From: a virus
DNA: 64,000 bases
Virus record (IMG/VR): IMGVR_UViG_3300005264_000830
Span: 32,001-96,000 of that record
Direction: 5' to 3' (one strand)
Each line of letters opens with the position of its first letter. Position 1 is the first letter of the stretch. The notes under the pieces were generated by a model. The model saw only the letters and a list, made by a program, of their open reading frames with translations. It was not told the origin of the DNA and did not search any database. A program made the translations under genes and the position numbers. This document shows positions 1 through 8,892 of the stretch, piece by piece.

Positions 1-2
1 CC

Positions 3-302
3 ATTCCGAAATCAGATGTTTATGCTAGACAAGAGCAGACAGAGGCTACTACTGATTTGATAGCTTCTATTTCGGATACAGTTAAAAATACCTATAAATT
101 AGAGGAAGGTACACATTATTCTATAATGTTCTCCCCGAAAGATGAGGAAATTTCTAAATTTAAAGAACCTTATATAGTATTTGCTAAGAATACACGACCA
201 AATGAGCCACAACAATTTAAACCATCACAAGAATACTATTTGGGAGCAGATTATTGCCATGGTAAATATCGACACCCCATCTATTTCAGTGTACGATCCT
301 GA
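3..302 (+). CDS. 3' part of a gene entering from the left edge (hypothetical, probably virion protein); may be frameshift-linked to the next ORF
   Basis: Frame 3 is open from base 3 (IPKSDVYARQEQ...) to TGA at 300-302; the ORF track start at 57 is probably not the real start. Confidence 0.6.
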   Translation: MPKSDVYARQEQTEATTDLIASISDTVKNTYKLEEGTHYSIMFSPKDEEISKFKEPYIVFAKNTRPNEPQQFKPSQEYYLGADYCHGKYRHPIYFSVRS

Positions 303-999
303 ATTAAATGATGACCCAGGGGAACCTACTACTAAAGCTATAGATATAGCCAATGTTTTAGAGTATAAGATGGCGCCTATTGTTATAACAGAGCCCCCTG
401 CTCCGATATCTTTTTGTGAAGGAGGAAGAGCACGTATAATAGATCAATCTTCTACACTTAAAGATAGCGACCCTACTACTAAACAAAACTTTACTGATAC
501 TGAATTGGAACTAGCTAATGATGTGATGTCTAGTGGGCCTGGTATTAATCTAACCTTATCATTTATAGAGGAAGAAAATGATTTACTTGATTTGGCAGAA
601 AGTCTTTATGATTATATGAACTCTGCAGGAAATGGTGCTATAGAAAAGACATATATATGTGGTCCTGAGGCGGACCCAAAATTAGGAGCATTAGGGGATG
701 ATGGTATAATTAACGAAATTACTTATGCTTATTCTGATAGCGGATCTTATACTATTTCAGTAAATGAGGGAGCTTGGTTGGTAGGGAACTTAACTTCTGT
801 AAATACCAGCACTTCTTTTAAAATTTCAGAGAGTGTATCTGCAAGAGGTACCGTTATAGAAGGTATTGGTGATGGAATATTTTTTAAAGTAAAATTAGAT
901 GGCTATGGAGAAAGAATTGCTATTAATACAGCTACTTCTATTTTAAGAGTAGGGGATGTTGTAACTTGTACAGTACATAACAACCCAGTGGAGACATAA
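181..999 (+). CDS. Putative baseplate/tail protein with an OB-fold-like C-terminus; real start possibly ATG 259, or a frameshifted continuation of the upstream ORF
   Basis: 272-aa ORF; C-terminus GTVIEG..FKVKLDGYG...LRVGDVV resembles spike/hub OB folds; GGGAG at 242-246 precedes ATG 259. Confidence 0.5.
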   Translation: MLRIHDQMSHNNLNHHKNTIWEQIIAMVNIDTPSISVYDPELNDDPGEPTTKAIDIANVLEYKMAPIVITEPPAPISFCEGGRARIIDQSSTLKDSDPTTKQNFTDTELELANDVMSSGPGINLTLSFIEEENDLLDLAESLYDYMNSAGNGAIEKTYICGPEADPKLGALGDDGIINEITYAYSDSGSYTISVNEGAWLVGNLTSVNTSTSFKISESVSARGTVIEGIGDGIFFKVKLDGYGERIAINTATSILRVGDVVTCTVHNNPVET

Positions 1000-1001
1000 A
1001 T

Positions 1002-1589
1002 ATGGCACAAATTGAAAAAGTTGAGATCAGAGCACAAATAACTATTGGTAATTTAACTGTAAGAACACCTTACATACAATCATTTAATGTGAGAAAGGCT
1101 AGAGGTCAAGTATCTTCTTTTGACGCCTCTTTAAAGGTTGAATATGAAAAAATGCAAGGAAGTGGAGTAGGTGGAGATATAGTAATCAAAGCAGGAACTT
1201 CTTCAACCATAAAAAAAATTTTTACAGGCATAATAAAGAAAGCTACCATATCTCCTTGTTGGAATGACCCAGGATTTGTTTTTCTTAATGTAAATGGTAT
1301 TGATGCTTTAGGTATGTTACAAGGGAAGAAGTATTCTAGAAGATGTAGGGCAACTAAAGGGGTCTGGGTTAGTATTGACAGTGTTGTTAGATCAGGGCTA
1401 AGGGATGGCAAATTTGCATACAATACTGATACCGTAATAGTAGATCCAGCACTATCCCATGATCAAATTAATGAGTTAAATGAAACTAAACAACAGGGAA
1501 AAAACGTAGGAAAAGCGCCTAGGAGTAAAAAAGAAAAAACTCCTTTAGTAGAAATTTCAAGAAATATAGATACAGGGGTAGCTCCATAA
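1002..1589 (+). CDS. Putative baseplate hub-like tail protein
   Basis: IQSFNVRKARGQ-SSFDASL...KIFTGII...LNVNGIDALGML pattern is typical of hub/tail protein N-termini; function inferred. Confidence 0.4.
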   Translation: MAQIEKVEIRAQITIGNLTVRTPYIQSFNVRKARGQVSSFDASLKVEYEKMQGSGVGGDIVIKAGTSSTIKKIFTGIIKKATISPCWNDPGFVFLNVNGIDALGMLQGKKYSRRCRATKGVWVSIDSVVRSGLRDGKFAYNTDTVIVDPALSHDQINELNETKQQGKNVGKAPRSKKEKTPLVEISRNIDTGVAP

Positions 1590-1978
1590 TGGCAGATATT
1601 ACAAATATACAGATGTCAGGACTATCTCCTGGGAATACATATAAAATTAAAGTACCTATCAAAAAAGATCTTGGAACAGGGTATTCTCCAAAAACAGGTA
1701 ATGTTGAGTTAGATAACAAAACATATGAATTAAAAGTCGGATTTTTATTAGTAAATGAGGAGAGTGGTATAGGTGAACTATTAGATAATTATCCAAACGA
1801 GGTGGCGATAGATTATAAACCGTTATTATATGGGGAGTCAACTATATATTTTTATGCTAGTACAGGAGAAATCATACGTTTTGGAATTATGCCTACAGAA
1901 GTACATGATCATTCTAGTATAGTGACAGGTGGACCAGCATATGGTACATACTTCACTGATTTAACTGAGGAGACTTAA
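1589..1978 (+). CDS. Hypothetical virion protein with C-terminal HxH motif
   Basis: 129 aa, TAATG overlap with previous gene; VHDHSS motif. Confidence 0.6.
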   Translation: MADITNIQMSGLSPGNTYKIKVPIKKDLGTGYSPKTGNVELDNKTYELKVGFLLVNEESGIGELLDNYPNEVAIDYKPLLYGESTIYFYASTGEIIRFGIMPTEVHDHSSIVTGGPAYGTYFTDLTEET

Positions 1979-1980
1979 TT

Positions 1981-2580
1981 ATGTCGGAAGTATGTTGTAA
2001 TTTAGTAGGAAATTTTGATGATGTGGGGTTTAATCTTCCAGGAGGTTGTTTTATATCAGTAAATAATAATATAAATACTGAATATGGTAATTTCCAATGT
2101 GATAATTTAGATACTAGTGGTTACACGGTTGGTTCTTTAAATTTGTCAGCCTATATAGACCCACCAGACGTATACTCAGGCTGTGGTGGAAGGGCAGGAG
2201 TACAAATACTTTGGTTACGTAAATATAATTGTAGTATAGATAGGCTTCATTTTATATACGCTGGAGAAGGTCGTTCGTTTAGATCTACAGGTGCGGAAAA
2301 TTTTGTCACACTAAATACAGAGTTTACTAAACGTACTAAGATAATAAATGCATCTTCCCAATCAGGACCAGGTGCTTTATATACTGATAATGAACAAATA
2401 GAAGGATTAGGTATGACCTTCAGTAAAGGACCTATTACATTTGATACTTCTTCATCAGAAGGCTGTACTTTAGCTAATATGGGAATAGGAACAGGGAGTT
2501 ATTATTTACAGAATTTTAATATGGAATTAGTTCCAGGGTCAATTCCAGTAGTTAATTACACTTTTGCGTATTTACCATAA
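1981..2580 (+). CDS. Hypothetical (putative tail) protein
   Basis: 199-aa ORF in operon; Gly/Cys-rich beta-type composition. Confidence 0.6.
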   Translation: MSEVCCNLVGNFDDVGFNLPGGCFISVNNNINTEYGNFQCDNLDTSGYTVGSLNLSAYIDPPDVYSGCGGRAGVQILWLRKYNCSIDRLHFIYAGEGRSFRSTGAENFVTLNTEFTKRTKIINASSQSGPGALYTDNEQIEGLGMTFSKGPITFDTSSSEGCTLANMGIGTGSYYLQNFNMELVPGSIPVVNYTFAYLP

Positions 2581-2593
2581 GGAGAAAATATAA

Positions 2594-2878
2594 ATGGCAC
2601 ATTATCAAGGTAAAAATTATAAATTAAGAACTAGTAATCCTATGCCTACTTCTACACGAGGTCATTTTGTTTTACATACTTTTATGGCAGCTTTACAGGA
2701 TTCTGATATAGAAACATGTACTGATGAATTACCATCTTCTAGTGATTTTGTTGGACAGGGTGGAAATTTAACTTCTGCTAACTTCTCCAGGCTTCCAATT
2801 GGAGGAGGAGGGTTATTCCAAGGAAAAACATCAGATGTGGAAACATATGATGAAGAAGGTGTGTGGGGGTTTAATTAA
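2594..2878 (+). CDS. Hypothetical protein
   Basis: 94 aa, AAGGAG RBS upstream. Confidence 0.7.
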   Translation: MAHYQGKNYKLRTSNPMPTSTRGHFVLHTFMAALQDSDIETCTDELPSSSDFVGQGGNLTSANFSRLPIGGGGLFQGKTSDVETYDEEGVWGFN

Positions 2879-2880
2879 TA

Positions 2881-3114
2881 ATGACAGATTTTATTGAATG
2901 TGAATCATTAAGTATTAGTTATAATGAAATGGGTATAGCTACTATTACATACACTGTAGTTTCAGATAATAGCAGTATACCTTCATCGGTTGGAAATAGT
3001 ATCAGTGTGGGGGGTCTTAATTTCAGTGGTTTTATAACAAATTTATATCAGCAACCTATTCCAAACACTGAAAATTGGTATACAACTAATGTAACTATGG
3101 TTGCAGTTTCATAA
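2881..3114 (+). CDS. Hypothetical protein
   Basis: 77 aa, 2 bp after previous stop. Confidence 0.65.
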   Translation: MTDFIECESLSISYNEMGIATITYTVVSDNSSIPSSVGNSISVGGLNFSGFITNLYQQPIPNTENWYTTNVTMVAVS

Positions 3115-3125
3115 GGAGAAATATT

Positions 3126-3350
3126 ATGGCATGTGGTGGATGTGGTAGGAGAAGAGTACCTCCAAATACTAATGTAACTTCGTCAAAAGATTATGATTTG
3201 GCAGGAGGAATGGATATAAGAAGTCTTAATGATAGACAAATAAGAGCTAGATTAGAAGTATTTAAACGCAAGTTTTGTAATGGGTGTAATATTAGGTATG
3301 AATGTGATTATACATCCTATTTAAATTGTAAGGGGTTACATAAAAAATAA
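3126..3350 (+). CDS. Small Cys-rich, probably metal-binding protein
   Basis: MACGGCGRRR N-terminus plus CNGC..C..C; AAGGAG RBS. Confidence 0.7.
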   Translation: MACGGCGRRRVPPNTNVTSSKDYDLAGGMDIRSLNDRQIRARLEVFKRKFCNGCNIRYECDYTSYLNCKGLHKK

Positions 3351-3355
3351 TAATG

Positions 3356-3373
3356 TAATCTATTAATAACTAG
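3356..3373 (+). promoter_or_regulatory. Degenerate copy of putative phage late-promoter motif
   Basis: TAATCTATTAATAACTAG matches 14/18 of TAACCTAATTATAAGTAG at 12932-12949; intergenic, abutting an RBS. Confidence 0.4.
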
Positions 3374-3385
3374 GAGGAATTTATT

Positions 3386-4069
3386 ATGTCAATGACAGTT
3401 GTTATAGGTGCTGGTACTACAGCATCATTAGATGGAGGTACTGGTTACTGTATATTGTCCGCACAATGGGGCTTCAATCCAGGTAGACAAGACGCTTTCT
3501 GTTTAGGTGAATGGGAACCAAGTCCAGATCATGTAGTGTATAAACCTACACAGACTTTAAGTTTAACTTTATACGCTCCAGGGCCATCAAACAAATCAAT
3601 ACCAGCGACTACTGATTGTAATGATGCAGACACTATTTCTGCTTCGGTTGCCCCAGCTGCTTGTGACGGTGCCATAGATAATATAGCTGGGGATTGGTTT
3701 ATCCAATCATTTAGTTATACAAAAGAAAGTAGAGATCAAGCTGGACAGGAAAGTTGGTCCTTGATAAAATATAAAGGGGATGTTGCAACTTTTTTAACTT
3801 CTCAAGGAGTTCCATCTGAAAGAATTGCAACTCCTACTTTTATTTCTAGGGGAATCACAATGGGTGAAGCTACGGATGAAACACAAGCAGGTATAACTTT
3901 TTCAAGTACATTTGCAAGAGCACAAACTGGAAGTGTGTCTGCTGGAAGTATGGGCAAAGCATCAGAGGTAATATACGGGTCGGTATCTGAAGTAGGAGGA
4001 GGAAGTTCTGATTCTGGGTTTGTCGGAACAGGAAGTGCTTCAATACCTTACACACCTAATTATATTTAA
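3386..4069 (+). CDS. Putative tail structural protein
   Basis: 227 aa, AGGAGG RBS, Gly/Ser/Thr-rich. Confidence 0.55.
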   Translation: MSMTVVIGAGTTASLDGGTGYCILSAQWGFNPGRQDAFCLGEWEPSPDHVVYKPTQTLSLTLYAPGPSNKSIPATTDCNDADTISASVAPAACDGAIDNIAGDWFIQSFSYTKESRDQAGQESWSLIKYKGDVATFLTSQGVPSERIATPTFISRGITMGEATDETQAGITFSSTFARAQTGSVSAGSMGKASEVIYGSVSEVGGGSSDSGFVGTGSASIPYTPNYI

Positions 4070-4088
4070 AAAAAAGGGAAAAAAGCAT

Positions 4089-4523
4089 ATGACAGTGTTT
4101 TTATTATCAGAACAATTTAGATTAGAGCTACGATGGCAAGAAGTTTTGTATGAACGAGATGGGGAATGTAAATTAATAAACGCTTTTTTTACTGGACCTG
4201 TAATACAGATAGCTCAAAAGATTAATTCTAATGATTACATGTTATTGGATTTTTATTCACAGTATTTACATTTAGTGAATAATGTATATGTAGCAAATTT
4301 TTCTTGGAAAGAGGTTACTTACAGTGAAGATGGTAAAATAGTATTTTTAAAAAATGCCTTACTGAGTCATAGGAGTGAATTAAATACCGCTCCAAACTTA
4401 AAAAGTGATGATTATTTCGTAATAGATACTAGTGATCATGTAATTGAAAAACATAGTGCTAATTTAGTTTATAAAACTTATCTAATTAATAATGATAATA
4501 TGAGGTATAATTTTAATAAATGA
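4089..4523 (+). CDS. Hypothetical protein
   Basis: ORF 4020..4523; ATG at 4089 avoids overlap with the previous gene. Confidence 0.65.
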   Translation: MTVFLLSEQFRLELRWQEVLYERDGECKLINAFFTGPVIQIAQKINSNDYMLLDFYSQYLHLVNNVYVANFSWKEVTYSEDGKIVFLKNALLSHRSELNTAPNLKSDDYFVIDTSDHVIEKHSANLVYKTYLINNDNMRYNFNK

Positions 4524-5011
4524 GTTGTAAAGACAAATATTGTATAACAGTTTCAGGAACTACTAATGAAGAGATCTGGAAAGAAATTAGATCTTTAGTA
4601 GGTGGAACTAATGTAGGTACAGATTCTGAAGTATTAATGAATTCTGAAATAAATGATTATAATTTATGGGTTGCAGATAATTGGCCCGTATCATTTGATA
4701 AATGGTTAATTTGGAGGATTAGAATAGGGACTACTAGTTATGGAAATCTTCCAAGGGACAAAAAACATGATGATAAAGTAGGGCACTGTTACGCCCCATG
4801 TCCTTATAGTATTCAAAGTACTGATTTGAGGACTAGACATTTATTAAACTTAACTGAAATAGAGGCTCTTCCCACTAAAGTAGATCATGAAATTGCAGGA
4901 ACCACTTATTATATGAAAACATCTAGTAGAGGAAGTAAATGGGGATTTGAGTGTACTTATATAGGGTGTACACATTATATATTATATGGCAAAAAGTATT
5001 TTTATACTTAA
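4520..5011 (+). CDS. Hypothetical protein, Cys/His-containing
   Basis: 163 aa, ATGA overlap; HCYAPCP and CTYIGCTH motifs. Confidence 0.7.
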   Translation: MSCKDKYCITVSGTTNEEIWKEIRSLVGGTNVGTDSEVLMNSEINDYNLWVADNWPVSFDKWLIWRIRIGTTSYGNLPRDKKHDDKVGHCYAPCPYSIQSTDLRTRHLLNLTEIEALPTKVDHEIAGTTYYMKTSSRGSKWGFECTYIGCTHYILYGKKYFYT

Positions 5012-5046
5012 AAGAAATAGATTTTAATTAAAGGAGGAAGTAATAA

Positions 5047-6027
5047 ATGGCAATTAACATAGATACACAAAATTTAGAATTATATCCAGGAACAACAAAA
5101 CGAGTATCAATAGATTTAGATAGTATGGTAATTATTGGTGCTGAAGGCGACGAAACCTTTACATTAAATGTCGCTACTAGTGCTTATAGTGATAATACTA
5201 ATAGAACTAATATACCTGATTTATATATTACTAATATGAAAACAGGATGGATTAAGAGCTCTGGTTTTGCTGGTAGTTCAGGTAAATATTATTTGAATGC
5301 AACACACAACAGTTTAAAAGTAAAATTAGATGCGACTGTTAGTGGTAATGACGGTAATGGTTATTATACAATTAGCCTTACTCCGAATGACGATGATACT
5401 CCAGTACCTGGGGAAGTTGTAGCCGCAGAATTAGAAACAAAAATAAGAGCTCTTGCTCCTATTTTAGCAACTGCAGACACAGGATTTACTACTGCATATA
5501 GAAATGCATCTGTAGAATATAAGAATGGTAAATTTTGGGTGGTTTCTGGCAGTGTTGGAAACTATTATTCAGGTAATTTACGTTCATCTGTTGATATAAT
5601 TCCAGCAACTGTTAATGATTGTTCTACAGAATTAGGTTTTGATTTACCAACATCTAGTCATTTTTTAGCAAACGTTGCAGTAAAAGAAACATTGTTAAAT
5701 TCTAGTTACACTGCTGATACTGATACATTAAGTGTAAATACAGGCACAGGTGCTACTGCAGGAATGGCATTTATGATAACTGATGGAACAAATTCAGACT
5801 ATTTTACAGCGTTGTCTGGAACAACTGATTCTAGTATAACAGTGGCTACAGAATCTACTAATGGGTTTATTGGTATAAATAATTCATATACTGGAGGGGC
5901 TGCTAGAATTCAATTATTGAAAGAACAAGACCCTGAAAGTATTCCTAATAGTTGGTATACTTCTATAGATCAATTAGTACGTTATGGTATTAAAGCAATG
6001 GTAAATCAAATAGATTACAGTAGTTAA
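5047..6027 (+). CDS. Putative virion structural protein with a shared insert-type domain
   Basis: 326 aa, AAGGAGG RBS; domain ending F.V.SG..G...SSVDI...ELGF also found in the 525-aa and 3766-aa proteins. Confidence 0.6.
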   Translation: MAINIDTQNLELYPGTTKRVSIDLDSMVIIGAEGDETFTLNVATSAYSDNTNRTNIPDLYITNMKTGWIKSSGFAGSSGKYYLNATHNSLKVKLDATVSGNDGNGYYTISLTPNDDDTPVPGEVVAAELETKIRALAPILATADTGFTTAYRNASVEYKNGKFWVVSGSVGNYYSGNLRSSVDIIPATVNDCSTELGFDLPTSSHFLANVAVKETLLNSSYTADTDTLSVNTGTGATAGMAFMITDGTNSDYFTALSGTTDSSITVATESTNGFIGINNSYTGGAARIQLLKEQDPESIPNSWYTSIDQLVRYGIKAMVNQIDYSS

Positions 6028-6047
6028 TATGACAAAAAGGATTATGA

Positions 6048-6467
6048 ATGCAAGAAAAAGGGTTTTGGAATATATTATGTACCGAATTTAATTATAGGTT
6101 ATATGCTGGTGTGCCGGTGCTAGGACATGGGAATTTATACGACACTATGGATTCAGAAATCATGCATTTTGTTCCAGCTATAAATGAATCCATAGCATTA
6201 GGAATAGTTACTGGAGGATTTTTATCTGGTTATAAAGGTTGTGTACTAATGGATGCTAATAATTTTGATTTGATATTACATCAATTCAAACAATTTAATA
6301 TTATGTTTAATATACCTGTACTATTTATTGTAACTGGAGGTTATAATCCATTAAATTTACATAAATTCGAATTTAATAATGATTTAACTATTTTAAATAA
6401 AATAGATTTTTATATGAAAAAATATAATAAATCGTCCATTTTAGTGTATAATGAGATTGTATTATGA
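6048..6467 (+). CDS. ThDP-dependent decarboxylase alpha (PYR) subunit-like, ComD/phosphonopyruvate decarboxylase N-terminal type
   Basis: YAGVP and INESIALGIVTGGFLSG..GCVLM..N, then FNIPVLFIVT; matches the GVP..., NEGEAVGIAAGAYLAG, IPLL pattern of this family. Confidence 0.75.
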   Translation: MQEKGFWNILCTEFNYRLYAGVPVLGHGNLYDTMDSEIMHFVPAINESIALGIVTGGFLSGYKGCVLMDANNFDLILHQFKQFNIMFNIPVLFIVTGGYNPLNLHKFEFNNDLTILNKIDFYMKKYNKSSILVYNEIVL

Positions 6468-7090
6468 AAACAACTTTAAAGAAAGTATTAATGTATTATG
6501 ATTCAATATTAACAGACAATGATATTGTATTTTATATAGGAAAAAATATTTATAATGAAGCGTCTAGCAATAAGTTAGTAGGTAGATATTATGTAGATAA
6601 TGAATCGATAGATTATTTTTCAATAGTGTTGGGGTTGGCTATGACAACTACTAAAAGAGTAATTATTATATTTGAAGATTCTTATTTATTAAGATATTTT
6701 AATACACTTTTACAAGCTGGGGTCAGTAAACTTACAAATTTATTTTTTGTTGTACTTATTACAAATAAATATGTACACTCAATAAAACAATCTACTATAT
6801 TTAGCTTTTTAAAGTCGAGTAAAGGAGTTTTATTTGAGGCTGGATTTTTAATTCATACTTATACAAAATTTTTTAATAATAAAAGTTCTTTGAAACAACT
6901 TAAAGACACTTATAATAGAATTAAAGGACCAGCAATAGGAATAATTTATATAGAGAACAATAAATTAAGTAAAATATCAAACGATCATGAATTTAAGTTT
7001 GATGAATTTATAAAATTTATTAGAACGGATAATGAAATTATTAATAAAATTAATACTGATGTAGTATTAGTATTAAAGGGAGAAAAATAA
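6464..7090 (+). CDS. Degenerate ThDP-dependent decarboxylase beta (PP) subunit-like, ComE type
   Basis: SIVLGLAM...KRVIIIFEDSYLL...NLFFVVLITN...KGP aligns to the family pattern, but the GDG motif is replaced by EDS; ATGA-coupled to the alpha gene. Confidence 0.6.
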   Translation: MKTTLKKVLMYYDSILTDNDIVFYIGKNIYNEASSNKLVGRYYVDNESIDYFSIVLGLAMTTTKRVIIIFEDSYLLRYFNTLLQAGVSKLTNLFFVVLITNKYVHSIKQSTIFSFLKSSKGVLFEAGFLIHTYTKFFNNKSSLKQLKDTYNRIKGPAIGIIYIENNKLSKISNDHEFKFDEFIKFIRTDNEIINKINTDVVLVLKGEK

Positions 7091-7102
7091 TTATTATAAT
7101 CA

Positions 7103-7618
7103 ATGGCACATATATTTGTAAAAAATAGTTTAAATACTTCCAAAGCTGCTAAAGTAGATATAAATTTTCCAATATTTGTCACTACTGATTCGGATGGTGA
7201 TCCTATATGGGTATTGGAAACTGCCACTACTTATCCTTCCGCAAGTGGGTCAGAGATACTACCTACATATATAAATAAAGCTACAGAGTTTGAAAATTTA
7301 GATGAGGCTGTAGCAGAAGCAGTTTCAGAAATTGCAAAACAGATAGATTGGTTACCTTTAGTAGACGACACTGCTCCTCCATATGTAACAGAAGTACGAC
7401 CTACAGTGAGTGGTGTATCAATAGCTTCAAATATTTATATAGATATACAAGAAGATGCCCCATCAGCTGGCATAGATTTATCAGAAATGAAAGTGATACT
7501 TAATAATGGGACTATTGATATAGATATAACAGATGATTGTATTACTACTGGAAATCCTTTTATGTATAATATACATTGGGAACCATCGGAGCGATTAACT
7601 AGACACTATGAGGAGTAA
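7103..7618 (+). CDS. Virion protein with Ig-like (Big_5/SbsA-type) domain
   Basis: DTAPPYVTEVRP..V.IASNIYIDI....GIDLS..KVILN, similar to the C-terminal part of the 934-aa protein. Confidence 0.55.
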   Translation: MAHIFVKNSLNTSKAAKVDINFPIFVTTDSDGDPIWVLETATTYPSASGSEILPTYINKATEFENLDEAVAEAVSEIAKQIDWLPLVDDTAPPYVTEVRPTVSGVSIASNIYIDIQEDAPSAGIDLSEMKVILNNGTIDIDITDDCITTGNPFMYNIHWEPSERLTRHYEE

Positions 7619-7623
7619 TTTTT

Positions 7624-8874
7624 ATGGCAGATAAAGACAATTTAAATTTTAGAAAACCACACATGACTTTTGTAGAAGGATATTTTTATATGTTTGACGA
7701 TGATTCAGACATGCTTCTTCAAAAAACGGACGATGGTGTAACATCTTTTTCGTACCCGTTTGACACATTAATGACTGGAGTAGCTTCAAGTATTGAACAT
7801 GACGGTATAAATTTTTGGAGTATGGAAACGGGCGGGACAGCTAATACTAAATTAATTAAACGATGGAGAATTGAGAATTATACATGTAAGTTAAAGGATG
7901 AAATTACCTTAAGTAACCCTGTTCATTATTTTAATGCAAATACATTTACTGTAGAACATTACCATTGTACCATTAGTGGCGGATATTCTGCAGGAGATAC
8001 AATTATAACTACTAATAATGTAGGGATTCTTCCTGGTGAATTGTTGGCCGGTATGGCTGTTACTATTGGTCCAAATTCTTCAGGTGAATTAGAAACAATT
8101 AATGTACAGCATGTAAGCGGAGAAATTATTACAATAGCAGATCCATTAGTTAATAATTATTCTAACGACGATCCATTATTATTTTATAATTATTTATGGG
8201 TATTTAACAATTCACATGGAACTGACTCCTCTACAGGGTGTTTATATAAACTTAATGCTTATTCTGGATCGATAATAGCACAGTACCCTGGCGGGGTATA
8301 CAAAGGAATTATGGCATCAACTTTTGCTGAAATCACACATTTTACATCATTAGGGGTAGTAGATTCGTTGATGTATGTAAAAGCAAGTAACTTACTTTTT
8401 GTGGACATAAACTCTGCATCTTTAGACTACCATGGGTCAATGGCTATGGATACAATAGATGATAATGAAATAGATATTCTAGAAGTGTATGATTTGGCAG
8501 TATATAATAAAAATCTGTATAGATTACAAAGGTCTATGACATATTTTGGAAATACTTATTCTTTTAGTCAGTATAATTATCAAGCTGCAACATTTAATTC
8601 GATGGTGGCATCTATTAGTATGGTCACATCTCCTAATGTTATTGCTGCAAATGAAGTGAGTATATCAGAAATAACTGCTAGAGTAAGAGATCAATTTGCA
8701 TTACCAGTAGTTGGAAGGTTAGTGTACTTTGAGGTAGAGGCTGGATCTGGAGGATCTATTGTTACCGGGCAAACCATTGTTAATACAGATTCTGATGGGA
8801 AAGCGTTATCATCATATAGGGCAGGGGATACAGCAGAACTGGTAGTTATTAAAGCAAGAGTTGACCAAGTGTAA
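7624..8874 (+). CDS. Virion protein, paralog 1, with C-terminal Big_1 (invasin/intimin-type) Ig domain
   Basis: ITARVRDQFALPV.G..VYF...TDSDGKA..Y motif. Confidence 0.65.
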   Translation: MADKDNLNFRKPHMTFVEGYFYMFDDDSDMLLQKTDDGVTSFSYPFDTLMTGVASSIEHDGINFWSMETGGTANTKLIKRWRIENYTCKLKDEITLSNPVHYFNANTFTVEHYHCTISGGYSAGDTIITTNNVGILPGELLAGMAVTIGPNSSGELETINVQHVSGEIITIADPLVNNYSNDDPLLFYNYLWVFNNSHGTDSSTGCLYKLNAYSGSIIAQYPGGVYKGIMASTFAEITHFTSLGVVDSLMYVKASNLLFVDINSASLDYHGSMAMDTIDDNEIDILEVYDLAVYNKNLYRLQRSMTYFGNTYSFSQYNYQAATFNSMVASISMVTSPNVIAANEVSISEITARVRDQFALPVVGRLVYFEVEAGSGGSIVTGQTIVNTDSDGKALSSYRAGDTAELVVIKARVDQV

Positions 8875-8892
8875 TAGGAGGAAGGGTTTTGT

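Noticed and set aside
4066-4085. A-rich run AAAAAAAAAGGGAAAAAAG as a slippery frameshift site
   Set aside because: It begins at and follows the stop codon of the upstream gene, and more simply serves as the spacer/RBS for ATG 4089
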